From: Camelus ferus
Lineage: Eukaryota
Assembly: GCF_009834535.1 (NCBI RefSeq)
Contig: NC_045707.1
Span: forward strand, 49,788,001-49,852,000
Direction of reading: 5' to 3'
DNA: 64,000 bases
Made by a program: the position numbers and the translations under genes. The notes beneath the pieces are model-generated. The model had not been told where the DNA came from and made no database searches. It was given only the letters and a program-made list of their open reading frames with translations. Below, piece after piece: positions 35,977 through 47,770 of the stretch. Numbering within the stretch: position 1 is the first letter of the stretch; each line of letters starts with the position of its first letter.

Positions 35977-38900
35977 GTGAGTGGCGGCCGCCGCCCGCCC
36001 GCGGCGGGGGCGGCGGGGCAGGTCACCTGCGGGGGAGGCCGGGCGGAACACTGAGGTCGGGGCGGCGCGGCGGGGATCCTGACAGCTGGGTGCTCCGCGG
36101 ACTGCGCGGATTCCGGAGAAGTTGGCGGGGGCGTTCGGGAGGCCCCTCGCAGGTGGTCTCCCGCCGTGTCTGCCCCGGGAAACCGTAAAGGTGAGCGGGT
36201 TCTTAGGCGTGCGCCCCAGCGCTGGGTCCGGCCAGTAGTCTCCGCACAGGGCCCGAGGGACGGGGCTCGGTGGTGGGACTTCGCGTCTGCACCCGCAGTT
36301 CTTTGGCTTCTCCCAGCCTCCTCGGCAGCGCCATAGCCCATCCTGCCGCCGGTCGCCCCCGCCCCGGCGCCTGGTGACCTTGAGGGCAGCGGTGCCCGGC
36401 GCTGTTTCCCCGCGCCCCGGGAGGGTCACCCCTCTAATCCCCGGCTTCGGCCCCACTGGCGCTCCGCAGGCGGAGAGTGGGGCCCGCGTTGGCCCCCGGC
36501 CCGGGCCGGTTGATTGATGCGTGTCACACCGGACGGTGATTCCCCGGGAGTTGGTGAATTGCCTCGCCCTTTCTCCCGGCGTCTCCTGTCTCGCCCCCCA
36601 GGATGTTCACGGTTGCTTCCTATTCGCTTTTTTGGACTTAGTTTAAAAGAAAGGGAGGAAAAAACCCCCTGCGTTCTCCACTTCTTTTTGGGAAGGGTCA
36701 GTAAGAAAGAACCGCATTCCATTTGCGGTGTTGTGCGGGGTGTGCTCCCTTTATTCCTTCCTGCGGGAGAATCCGGTGGCTGAGCTAGTTAGCGACCCCT
36801 GGTCTGCGCCGCGGTCACTAGCCAGGTTGGTCTCTGTGCGCATTTCATTCACCAGTTTTCTCTGCGGGACTCGCAGCGCTGGGAGTGCTCGCATCCAGTG
36901 CGGTGCAGCGGTGCTTGGCGCGGAAGGAGGGCGAGAGGTGCAGAGGGGGGTCTTTAAATCTGCGGAGGGGTCGACCAGTCTCTGCAGGCGTATTTTTGCC
37001 TTTCCTGGGGTTAGAGCGCATCAGACAGCCCACCCTTCGCTATGCATAAGCTGTGCATGCTACTTTTCTGGGTTTCTTAATCATCTAATGGCTTCTGTTG
37101 GTATCGACTGCTGTTCATGATAAATTAGTTATATGGATTTTTGTTCATGTGAGTGTGGATATCTGCCATATATGTGGACCGTCCGCCTTTTCAACATGGA
37201 AGCCTTTTGTTGTGTTTAACCTCCGCCACCAGATAGTCTTATTTTTAAAATAAAGCTCTTGTCAACGTGGGTGTATTTTATAATAAGAAAGTACTTGTAA
37301 GGATCTGCTTTGTATGAGGCTTTCTTCGGGGAGAGGGTGTGTAACCCTTTGGATAGTGGCCCACGTGAGTGAATGAAGGGCATTCACTGCTTTGCCCTCT
37401 GCCAGCCTCCCCAGACTCCCTGCCCTTGTGTGTGGCAGAGGCGAATTGGGGGAATTAGAGGGATTGGAGGAGAATCTGCCTTTTGTACTTGAGCGTTTCA
37501 CTTGGATCTCCCTCTCCTTTTCTTTTTTTTTTCTTCTTTTTTGTCCTGGTGAGTTCAAATTTGAAGTAAATGAAACATTTTCCTTAAAGGGGCATATTTG
37601 AAAAACGAGTATATGAAATGGGTTTTGATTTGGCCGTGATTTCAGGGGGGATGTTTTAGTAGTTTGTACCTTACTTCGCATGAGACAGTTAAATTGCTGT
37701 AATTAAGGGTGGATCTCTCTTGATTTTGGCTTGGGTGTAACTTTGAAAAGTAACTGTTGTTTCCTACCATATAGTCTGCAAAAGTGACTCACAATCGGGT
37801 GAGTTGAGGACAGAGCGCCACCTTTAAAATTTCGGCATTTTCTTTTATTAAAATGGTGAAAATTTACGCCTTCTTGATTTTTATTGCAATTGTCTTTACT
37901 GGCACCCCCATTTAGATGCATAAGGTGAAATTGTCTTCATTTTCTTGTATTCTGTAATTCCTCACTCTGAAGGTGGGATTTCTGCATTTGTATGGGAAAT
38001 CATGGTTTTTTTAATGGAAGCTTGGAATCTAGAACTCTGAGATGAAGCAATAAACTAGATTTGATTTGTGCTTATAATAAAATAGTGGGGGCAAAGATAG
38101 TGTGGATCTACTTAGGAAAAGAAGTAAGGAAAGTAATAGCTTCATCATAAATAGATGTTTATTTAAAACTAGCCATCGCCACTAAGTTAGGGTACCTACC
38201 AGCATGATAGTGGTTTTATAAATGTTTTTAGCTTCAAGTGCTATTAGCAGATTGTAAAGTAAACATGCAAAAAATTAAGCTTGTTTGAATAAGGTATAGT
38301 AATTCTTTTTTTGCTTTTCATCTTCGACAGCTTTCCTTTTATGGTTTGCGAGTTTTACAATTGTTTTTAAATAATACAAATGAGGACTTCCAGCTGGAGT
38401 ACTTACACTCAAAGTTGTTGAAGACCATATTGGAAAAAGTGGTTTCTGCGTATGGCTCTTCTCAAATGTGTCTCATATAAAAATAAATGGAGTTTTTAAT
38501 GCTTAGAAAACAAATGCGTAGTGACAGCTGAATGGGTGAAATTTCTTTCCTTGCCCACTTGTTCTCTCCTCCCCTCCCCCATATCAAAAATTTAAGGTAC
38601 TCTAACTCTTTAGACACAGGGTACTTTTTGATGATTATGACTGCAGGTGTAACATAAAGAAAAAAAGATTTAGCTTTTCAAGTAATGAATAAATTAATGT
38701 GTGGATATTACCCAAATATAGCTTTAATTACAAACCACAAGATAGTACCGTTTCTGTCTGCATTTAAGTTTTAATTCCGCACTTGCAGTTTTTACATAGA
38801 CTTTTGTGCGCATAAGCTATTGAGCTATAGATAGTTTTATTAAACTAAAAAATCCTTGAGATGAAAGGTGGTTTATGCTCGTCAATCTGTAGAATATGGT

Positions 38901-38983
38901 CCCAGGTTAAAGGACATTATTTGAGCAATTAGGTTGATGTATGCAGAGTGATTACATATCATTATGCATACTTTGATAGAATC

Positions 38984-39083
38984 NNNNNNNNNNNNNNNNN
39001 NNNNNNNNNNNNNNNNNNNNNNNNNNNNNNNNNNNNNNNNNNNNNNNNNNNNNNNNNNNNNNNNNNNNNNNNNNNNNNNNNNN
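38984..39083. other. Assembly gap (100 N, true size unknown)
   Basis: Run of 100 n. Confidence 1.
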
Positions 39084-41220
39084 AATAGTCCTTTTCCTCT
39101 TGATAGCATCTTACCTGAATTTGCCTCTATGGGTTTTGTCATTTTTCCTCTTTCTCTTTTATGTTCTTGTCATCTCAAATATCTCTCTTTATTTTGTGGT
39201 TTTATTACCAAAATAGAAGCAGCTATAGTTATTTTTACTGATTTTCCCCTTTATCTTTTATTCTAGAGTTAAATGTTAACAACCTACAATTTTCTGATTT
39301 CAATTTTATGATTCTAATTTCTCACCTTAAAATTTTATGTAATTTTTTCTTTTCATTTCAGGTAGAAGGGCTCTTTTAAAATTTATTGTAAAGCAAGTCT
39401 GGTAGTCTAGTGGTGATAAACTCTCTAAGCTTTTTTGTTGTTGTTGTTGTTGTTCTGGGAAAAGCTTTACTTCTTCATATCTGAAGGATAACTTTACTGT
39501 ATAGAGTATTCTCAGCTGGCAGTGTTTATCTTTCAATATTTTGAAGATGCCATTGCACTCTATCCTGGCCTATAGAGTTTCTACTGAGAAATCTACAGAT
39601 AGCTTAATGGAGTTCCCTTTTTAGGCTGTTATTCTTTTTTATATGACTGCTTTTAAAATTCTTTGTCATTGACTTTTGACAGTTTCAATATATTGTGTCT
39701 TAGAGAAGGTCTTTTTGCATTGAGGTAAATAGGTATTTGCTTTAGCTTCATGAACTTGTGTATCTAATTCCTTCCCCATGTTTGGGATGTTATCAGCTAT
39801 GATTTCTTTAAATAAACTCTCTGTACCTTTTTTCCCTTTTTTCTCATTTAGGATACCCATTACCCTAACATTTCCTTTCTAATAGAGTTCTCATAAAATA
39901 TTTCTTTTTCCTCTTCTTCCTCCCTCCTCTTCCTCCTTCTTCCTCTTCTTCTTCCTCTTCCTCTTCTCCTTCTTCTTCCTCTTCTCTCTTCTACATTTAT
40001 TTTTTCTCTATTTTTCTTTTTGAGCTTGCTTATTCTCTCTTCCATATGATCTGGTCTATTTCCAATGCTTTCTAATGTATCTTTCATCTCATTTATTGAG
40101 TTCTTAGCTCCAGAAGTTCTGTTTGGTTCCTTTTAGAGTTTGTCTCCTTGGTATTCTCTCTGTTTAATAACTTTGTTCTTGAGTTTATTGAACTGTGTTT
40201 CTGAGCTTTTTGTAACTCATTGAGTTTTTTCATGACAGCTATTTTGAATTCTCCATCAGTTAGTTCACAGTATTTTGTGATTTTAAGTTTGTTTTCTGGA
40301 GAATTGTTATTTTCTTCTTGTGATTCTGTGTTACTGTGGTACTGTGGTTTTTCATGGTGCTTGATGAGCTGTTTCTATGCTGCCACATTTGAAGTAGTGA
40401 ACACCTTTATTATTCAGGTAAATTAAAAATTTTTTCTAATGATTTACTAGATTAGTAATTAGAGGCCTTTCTTTTGCTTTTCAGTAGGTTGCATTATAAC
40501 ACAAATTTTTAGTTTCTCTCACCTGAGCTGCCACTGGTTATATTTGAGAGTCAGCACTTTGCACCCTCTGCCACCTTTGCCAGAGGTATCACTGGTTCCC
40601 TCATTGTAGTTGCTTATGCCCTTGTGCCATCGTTACTGTTGTAGCTGGCATCATTTCCTGGGCATTGAGATGGCAGGCACCTCCACTGTGTCCAAGAGCT
40701 CCTGAGTCACAGGCTCTGCTGCATTTGGGGAGAAGGGAAGGATAGGGAGTCTTTGGTGCCTCTGCTGCATCTGGAGTTACTGAGTTTGCAAGTCTTACTG
40801 CTGTGGATGGAGAGGACTGGAGTTGTAGGTACCTTCATGGTTGGTAGGACCAGTTGCAGGCCCCACTGCCACTGCTGTCTAGTTCCCTGTGGCAATGGGA
40901 ACCACCTCAGCTGAAAGCCTGGAGGCTGGAGTCATGTATGCCTCCTTCCCTGCTGCTACCTGGTTCTCTGGGGCTATGGGCTTAGTTGCTATGGCCAAGG
41001 GTACAGGACCACAAGCACTGTCTCTGCTATTCCTTTTATTTTGCCTTCTCTATGTGTCCCAGTCCACCCACCTTTATGTGTACAGGTGTGTGGAACTCCC
41101 TGCTATTCAGGTATGTTGGGCCAAATCACTTTTGTTGAGTTGTGGATGTTTTACTGGTTACAATTTGAAGGAGAGAGACAAGGAGAGCATCTCATGCCAT
41201 GTTGATGCTTATGGCACCCC
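39084..41220 (-). mobile_element. Old L1 (or HAL1-like) 5'UTR plus degraded ORF1, running into the gap
   Basis: Minus-strand ORF pieces DHMEERISKL, GTESLFKEIIADNIPNMGKELDTQVHEA and QLRILYTVKLSFRYEEVKLF match L1 ORF1p motifs; frameshifted. Confidence 0.9.
39905..39992 (+). repeat. (CTT/CCT)n pyrimidine simple repeat inside L1 ORF1
   Basis: Read directly. Confidence 0.9.
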
Positions 41221-41372
41221 CTTATTTCTAGTTCTATGACTGTTGTTAGCTTATAGTATACACTTATAGTATACTAGGAAATTCATAAGCATACTCACTT
41301 TTAAATTTCACAACAGTACAAAACTGAAGTTCAAAAAATTAAAAAAAAAATTTCTCAAGGTTACCCAGTAAA

Positions 41373-41850
41373 TGTCAAGAACTATGAAAAGTCTGAGATT
41401 GTACTTGATTTACAGTTTAACAATTTATCTGCCACAGTTTCTTGGATGGTGATAGAAGACACAAGACTCTTGGATCAGAAACCAAGGAGGGTTTATTATT
41501 CACCAAAATGTCAGGAGACAGAGTATCAGCATTTTTGCCAATTCTCCAAACCCCAGTTCTGATAGAATGCATGAAGAGTATGAGATACCTGCATATGTAA
41601 TATGTGTTATTATAGGAGGGGGATCATGAGCTTATAGAAATCAAATCCTCTATAATGGGCATGCCTGCCCGTTGCTCTTGGGAGAGGTCCTTTCTCTTTT
41701 TCCCAAGCTTTTGAACAAACTGCTTTCTCTTGGTAGAAGACATTGTTTCTGTGCCCTGAGCCTATTTGCTATGCAAATGTCTTTGAAAAGACAGTATGGT
41801 ACAAAGAGAAAGACAGTGGGAATCTCTGCTCACAGACGTACATCAATGTC
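41373..41850 (-). mobile_element. ERVL-class solo LTR (MER54/MER74-like; subfamily uncertain)
   Basis: TGTCAAGAACTATGAAAAGTCTGAGATT...GCCACAGTTTC...AGAAGACACAAGACTCTTGGATCAGA...TTTATTATTCAC (reverse polyA signal). Confidence 0.65.
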
Positions 41851-42199
41851 AGAATTCAATGAAAAAATTTCTTGCAGTTTGGGGTGTGGTGGGGATGCCA
41901 GATTTGATGCCATTCTGTCAGGTTCCAAAGCCTTAGCTTGTTACCAGTTTGATACTTCACCAAAATTTTTTGCATATCTCTTCAGAAATGTTTTATTATA
42001 AGAGAGTAAATGGAGTTTTATAGCTTAATCATTCAAAAGATGTTTATTTAGTTTTTAAGGCACAAAACGCCCTGAGTCAAAAGTATTTATTAAGGTACTT
42101 AAAGCCAAGAAGAATTTTAAGAGGTTTCAGTGGAGTATTTCTAATACTACCTGAAAGTTAATTTCTGTTGTGGTACTCCTTCCTTTCCTGTTTGGTTCA

Positions 42200-42410
42200 G
42201 GTAAGAGCCTGTGGGGTCAGAAGGATCTGAATCTAAATACTGATTTTGCTACTTACTGACTAGACCCTTTGAGCAAAAATTGTATTATTTTGGAAACTAT
42301 TTCTTTAGCTATAATAGAATGAATAGATAGACAGAAATACCAATATCACAGTACTGTTGGAGTTTAATATGATAGCATATATAAAGTGCCAATTATCTAC
42401 TGAGTTACTT
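42200..42410 (+). mobile_element. MIR SINE
   Basis: GTAAGAGCCTGTGGGGTCAGA...CTGAATCTAAATACTG...CTACTTACT. Confidence 0.6.
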
Positions 42411-42784
42411 AAGTAGCTCCCCCTTTCCACTTTTCATTAGTACTTCTTATCATCTCCTCTTTAAAGAAAGGAATTACAATTAACAAAAACTGGATGGATA
42501 ATATCATTTATCTTTATATCCACATCTAACCCTAAAGCCAACACTTCTATTTTTGTTGTTGGTTTTGTTGCTATTTTGTTTGTTTTTGCCTGAGTGTATA
42601 CTCTACTTCCCTACTCCTCATCCCCAAGTCTCTTCATGCTTATTTCCTTTGACTTGCATTCTAACCTCTGTAGCTTTTTAATCTATCAAAACATGACACC
42701 CACTGTTTTTTTGAAATTCAGTCTGCTTCAGTTTGCCAAACTCATCTTTTCTTTTCTTTGACAATAATACTGATGACTACAGTT

Positions 42785-43050
42785 ACTCATTCAAATATAT
42801 TTATTAAGGGCCCACCCTATGCAAAGCATTGTTTTATGTGATGAATATAAAAACATGATTAAGAAACACTTCTTGTATTTAAGAATCCAGTTCTAATAGG
42901 GCTGATCATACTGTCATCAGATTGTTATAGTAATGTGTGATAATTGCTTTAATATCAGAATCTGCAGACTGTTAGGCACCTTGAAAAGGAAGACCTTAAT
43001 TCTTCCCAGTTGAGTGGAAGGAAGTTCAAGTGCTTTAAAAGAGAAAATTT
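42785..43050 (-). mobile_element. L2 3' end
   Basis: CTCATTCAAATATATTTATTAAGGGCCCACCCTATGCAAAGCATTGT. Confidence 0.65.
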
Positions 43051-44279
43051 CAGAGGCCTTGCTAAAAATACTAACTATACAGAGTAATAACTTTTTCAGT
43101 GAGGCAGTAATTTTCCTTTCTAGTCTCAGAAGTAGTTCTCATATGTTATTAATATTCACCAGGTAAAGGTAGAGTCTGTGAAGTGATAACTTCATAGAGC
43201 ACATGATCTAGTTTTCTAAGGAGCAATTTACCACCCACTAACCACTTTTTAAATTAAAGCTTAAAGAGTAGACAAATAGTATATTTGGATGTTGTGTGGT
43301 TGTCATTTTAAGAAAAAGAAAATACAGACTTCAATTCATGGCTTCCCTCCTCTACTTTCTGCCACTTGGTAGCATACTGACTCTTTAATTTATAACTTTG
43401 CAGGGTGCTGATAACACTGCAATGATTTGCTTATTGCTTTCCTTAGAGCTTACGTATTCTTGATGAAACTGTTACTTCCAGAGAGTTCTTTTGATGCTTC
43501 CTAACCATGATAGTTTAATTAAGAATGAATGCCACATCAACCTAGAGGGTATGATGCAAGGGTTTTTGTATTTGTTCATAAGCACGATAAATTTTATCAA
43601 CACCATCTGTTAGTATTCATAAAGTCAATTAATTGCCTGATGCTGGGCTAAACAGTATTATATAAAAAATGAATACAAATTCCTATGCTCTAAGTCTGGA
43701 ATGAAAATACCTGGCATACATGCCTTTTCTGTACTTCCTCCTTTAATAGACATTTCCATGACATTTATTCACACTGAGCTTTAATATGGTCTCAGAGTCC
43801 TTCTTAACTCGGTGTTCCCAACACTCCTTACAAATTAAGAGTGGTTGACAGACGAGGAGAAATGGATTTGCTATTCCTAGATTAAACATTCTAAAATTCA
43901 TAATGATATTTTATATTCAGAATGGCCTTTTGGTATACATAACCTAGGGCAAACTAATAAGTGTATGTGAAAGTTACACATAAATTATATTGTCATAAAT
44001 GTACCTAAACCTGGATTCACACAAAATCAAACCACTGATGATGGAAGAATTAGCATATTAAGATTTAAGGAGTCAATCATAGAAAATTTAAGTTTATATT
44101 AGCATGAATTTTAGATTAATTAGAGAAAAATTTAAAGGATGTTATATTTTCTTGATGATTGAGTATGTTTATAACCAAAAGTAAAGATAACAGTATTCAT
44201 ACGAGGTTTCAGGGAAAGCACTGATCAGTGAAGGGATACGATGTTGTAAAGTGTTGATGGAGTTTACTTTTATGTGGCA

Positions 44280-44600
44280 GGTGAGATCCTTTTGAGGAAT
44301 GCTTGGATGTTAGTGATGTAGATGCCATACACTCAATTGGTGCCATGCAACCTAAACCAAAATTTTCACAGTGCAGCTAAGCAAAAGGGCTAATGAAGAA
44401 ACTGTTGCTTCTGACAAAGCAAAAGAAGTTGAAGTTAGCAAGATTAACAATGAGAGTGAAAAGGGTTTTCCAAGTTTTATTCTTGGGAATAAGACTGCCT
44501 TATACTGCAACATGGTATATAAGAGAAAATAGCTGATAGAAAAAAAAGCTGCAACTTGTTTTGTCAAGACAAAATTTTATTCTCCTGCTAGAAACCTGGA
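44280..44600 (+). mobile_element. Possible Tigger/pogo transposase relic
   Basis: Hand translation VASDKAKEVE...GNKTALYCNM resembles ASAD-EAA...N-DETGLYWK-M of pogo-like transposases; very degraded. Confidence 0.35.
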
Positions 44601-44816
44601 TCAACAATCTGGATAAAAATGTGTGATACCAAAACATGGAATTAGGATGAACAATTAAGGACTATAGTTGGAGAAGGGGAAAGAGGAGGAAATGTTTAGC
44701 CAGTTGTTTTCTGTATGCAAATCATACCAAAAGCCCTCCAAAGAAATGGCAACATCTAATCAGAGGCTGTAAGTAAAACAAATCAACCTAGTAGAGCGTG
44801 TAACAAAAAAGTAATA

Positions 44817-45042
44817 TAGTTATCCCTCTGTATCTATGGTGTATGTGTTCCAGGACCCACTGGGAACGCCAAAATCCGTGTTTACTCGGGTCAAATAGTC
44901 AGCCTTCTGTATCTACAGATTCAGCATCTGTGGATTCAACTACCTGAGGATCTTAAATATAGTAGTACGTATATGTACTGAAAAAAATCTGTGTTTAACT
45001 TCGCCTGGGCAGTTCAAACTCGTGTTGTTCAAGTGTCAGGTG
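44817..45042. mobile_element. Tigger-family MITE (MER8/MER2-like)
   Basis: TAGTTATCCCTCTGTATC...TTCCAGGACCC...GTGGATTCAAC...CAGTTCAAACTCGTGTTGTTCAAGTGTCAGGTG-TA. Confidence 0.85.
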
Positions 45043-45748
45043 TACCTGTAAAGGACACAGTGTTGGGGCTGGTGTGAGGAGGCTAGTAAAGTGTGTTCAT
45101 TGTGTTTCTATGTTCTCATGCTTAGTGCTCTGGAAACCACCTCAAAAAGGCATTAGAAAACAGAAAATGTAATTTATTCTTTGTATATGTCCTGATTACA
45201 CACTTATACATATATAAATGCTGAGGAATGATATTCAGAAATATACTACATTTATAATGCATCTGGTTATTGATAAAACCCAAGTAAAAAGTAATTAAAA
45301 AGGAAGAAAACTGGAAAATATTTTATTGAATTAAAACCCAAAACACATAAGTAACTCAGTGTTATGCTTCTGTTCATTCCCATGTAGTGCTTAAACGTAA
45401 TAATCTGAGAATTGAAAAATGAAACTATTTGTTTTTGTAAAATTTCCTGTACTTTCTTAACAAAGTTGTTTTTCTGTTTGTTGTAACATTACTTTTTAAA
45501 TATTTTTCTTTTGAAGCTTAATCTGTGGTTCCTTTTTAAAAAAATGCTTGATAAAACCTAATAAATTGCCATCTGTTTTTCCTTAAATCCACTCCCAAAG
45601 AAGAGACTGTTTTAATGTAACTCACTGAATCATAGAAAGATTAGTATTAGTAATAAACTGTTCTATGCCAAATGAAAAAAAATTCTCAAATGCACAGTTC
45701 AGTATCAAAATGTCATGTCAGGCCTTGCATTAAGAAATCTTTCTGAGA

Positions 45749-46623
45749 TTTTTCCAGTCAAGATGGCAGAGTAGTAGGACCACGAGCTCACCTTTCCCCG
45801 TGACTACAACAAAATCACAACTGACTGCTAAACAACTATTGAAAAACAAAAGACTGGAACCTAGCAAAAAACATCATCTTCAACTGAAAACATAAAGAAG
45901 GAACCACAGTGGGACTGTAGAAGGGGCGTACTCTCTATATAACCGGACCCCATCCCCCCCCAGGGTAGACAACCCATAAGCTGAAGAATAATTAAGTCAT
46001 AGAGGCCCTACCAGAGGAGTGAGAGTTTTAAGCCCCACGTCAGGCTCCCCAGCCCAGGGTTCTGACATTAGGTGGAGGAGGAAACCCTAGGACATCTAGG
46101 GTTGAAAGCCAGTGGGGCTTACCTCCAGGAGCCCCATAGGACTGAGGGAAACAGAAACTTCACTCTCTTGGGAATGTACACAGAGTCTTGCGTGCACCAG
46201 GTCCAAGGGCAGAGGCAGTGATTTCATAGGAACCTTGGCCAGATCTGCCTGCTGGTTTTGGAGGGTCTCCTGGGGACGTAGGGCACTCCTGGAGTGTTCA
46301 TCTACATGAGCTTTCCTGGAGGCTGACATCCTGACTGTATCATTAGCACCAAGACCTAGCCCCACCCAGCAGCCTGTAGACTGAAGAGCTAGGAAGCCTC
46401 AGGCCAAACAACATATTGGGTGAGAATACAGCCCTGCCCATCAGCAGACTTCCTGAGCTACAAATGCCTCTAGACATGGCCCTATCCACCAGAGGTCCAG
46501 GATCAAGCTTCACCCAGCAGTGGGCAGGCACCGACTCCTTCTGCCAGGAAACCTGCATAAGCCTATAGTGCAGCCTCATCCACCAGGGGACAGACACCAG
46601 AAATATGTGGGGGAAAAAAAAAA
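45749..46623 (+). mobile_element. L1 5'UTR-only insertion with A-tail and candidate TSD
   Basis: Starts TTCCAGTCAAGATGGCAGAGTAG (L1 5' terminus with YY1-type motif) and has artiodactyl L1 5'UTR motifs. It ends in A10 with no ORF1. Flanks are AAGAAATCTTTCTGAGA / AAAAAAACTTTTTGAGA. Confidence 0.8.
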
Positions 46624-47629
46624 CTTTTTGAGAATTGGGGCTTTTATAGTTTGATTTAGTTGATTTCCAAAGATGTTATTTTAAATATTATCTTAGGAAA
46701 TCTTTTACCACAGACTTTGAGTTTTTCTACTACACTTACCATTACTATCTGGGCAACATTATTCGGGCTAAAATCTTTCATTAGTCCTATCATTTCACAT
46801 AAAGGAATTTGGTCTCTTTATGTGAACTGCTACACTTGATCATAATAAGGAAAAGATTTTCTGATTGCCTTTTAATAAACAAGCAAGATAAGCATAAGTC
46901 ATTTGATAATAGGTTTATTTTAACACCTCAAAGACTGGCAGAAAAATCCTAGTGATACCAGGCCACAAGGAAAAATTTCTAAGTGTCTCAGGTGACTTGC
47001 TGTTTCTTCATCTCTTCCAGGCTGTTCCATCAACAGTCAGGCCAACACTCAGTCACCTTCTCATGTACCCTAACCTTGTTCTGAAAAGTCTCTTTGTGTG
47101 ATAAAAGAAAATGAAAACATCCTGATTAAATTGGTTTAGTAATGTCCAGCATGATGGACCAAAGGATGCACAGTTTGTCTGTAAGGGTTTAAGATCTGTG
47201 AGATGATTGGCCTTCCCACCATGTATTACTTGAATGTGTTGTTTCTTATGTCAGAAATTGAATTTTTTTTTTTTATCTATCTCAGGAGATTGTGAATGTT
47301 AGAGAGACTGGAATAAATGAGATAATATTTAAAAAATATTTAATGCCTCACACATAGAAAGTATTCAGAAGTTGCAAATTGTCCCCAAATACATGAAAAA
47401 GTAATTTAAAAATAATATAAAAGTAAAATATATCACTTGTGTTATATATGTGTTTAGAATATTTTAAAATATCTATTGACAGTTAAACATGTGCCTATAG
47501 CTCTGAAATATTTTCTTTAAAACAAGAGAGCAAAAAACTCTGAAAAGGGTGGATTCTGAACTCATAAACATTTTGGTTTGCTTTACATCTTTGCCACTGA
47601 GAAGACATAGAACCTTTATGGAGATATTT

Positions 47630-47770
47630 ATTGTTTCAGATCTCAGTTTTCTCCCCTATATAATAGGGGAATCCTTAGTACTCTATAGTTATTATAATGA
47701 GTATTATATTAGTTAATGTATGTAAAATGCCATATCTGTAATATTTAACAATAAGTTGACTATTTATTGT
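47630..47770 (+). mobile_element. MIR SINE 3' half
   Basis: TCTCAGTTTTCTCCCCTATATAATAGGGG...TAGTTATTATAATGAGT...TAATGTATGTAAAATGC. Confidence 0.7.

Larger units (their letters stand above)
34280..37030 (+). promoter_or_regulatory. CpG island / TATA-less promoter and 5' end of an unidentified gene (copy 1)
   Basis: About 2.7 kb of very GC- and CpG-rich sequence in an AT-rich background, with GC boxes, CRE half-sites, CCAAT, an E-box and a cluster of + strand splice donors downstream. Confidence 0.95.

Noticed and set aside
34348..37120. Many overlapping long ORFs (up to 288 aa) in the CpG island
   Set aside because: Expected from GC-rich, stop-poor sequence. They are Arg/Gly/Pro/Ala low-complexity, occur on all frames, and show no recognisable domain.
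38984..39083. The N gap as the cause of the apparent duplication (overlapping contig ends)
   Set aside because: The duplicated blocks do not abut the gap, the junction is at 48535 in contiguous sequence, and the copies differ by ~3%. It is not the simple explanation, though the gap leaves unit length and scaffold order unverified.
39327..40087. Minus-strand ORFs with real protein similarity
   Set aside because: Frameshifted L1 ORF1 remnants, not a host gene.
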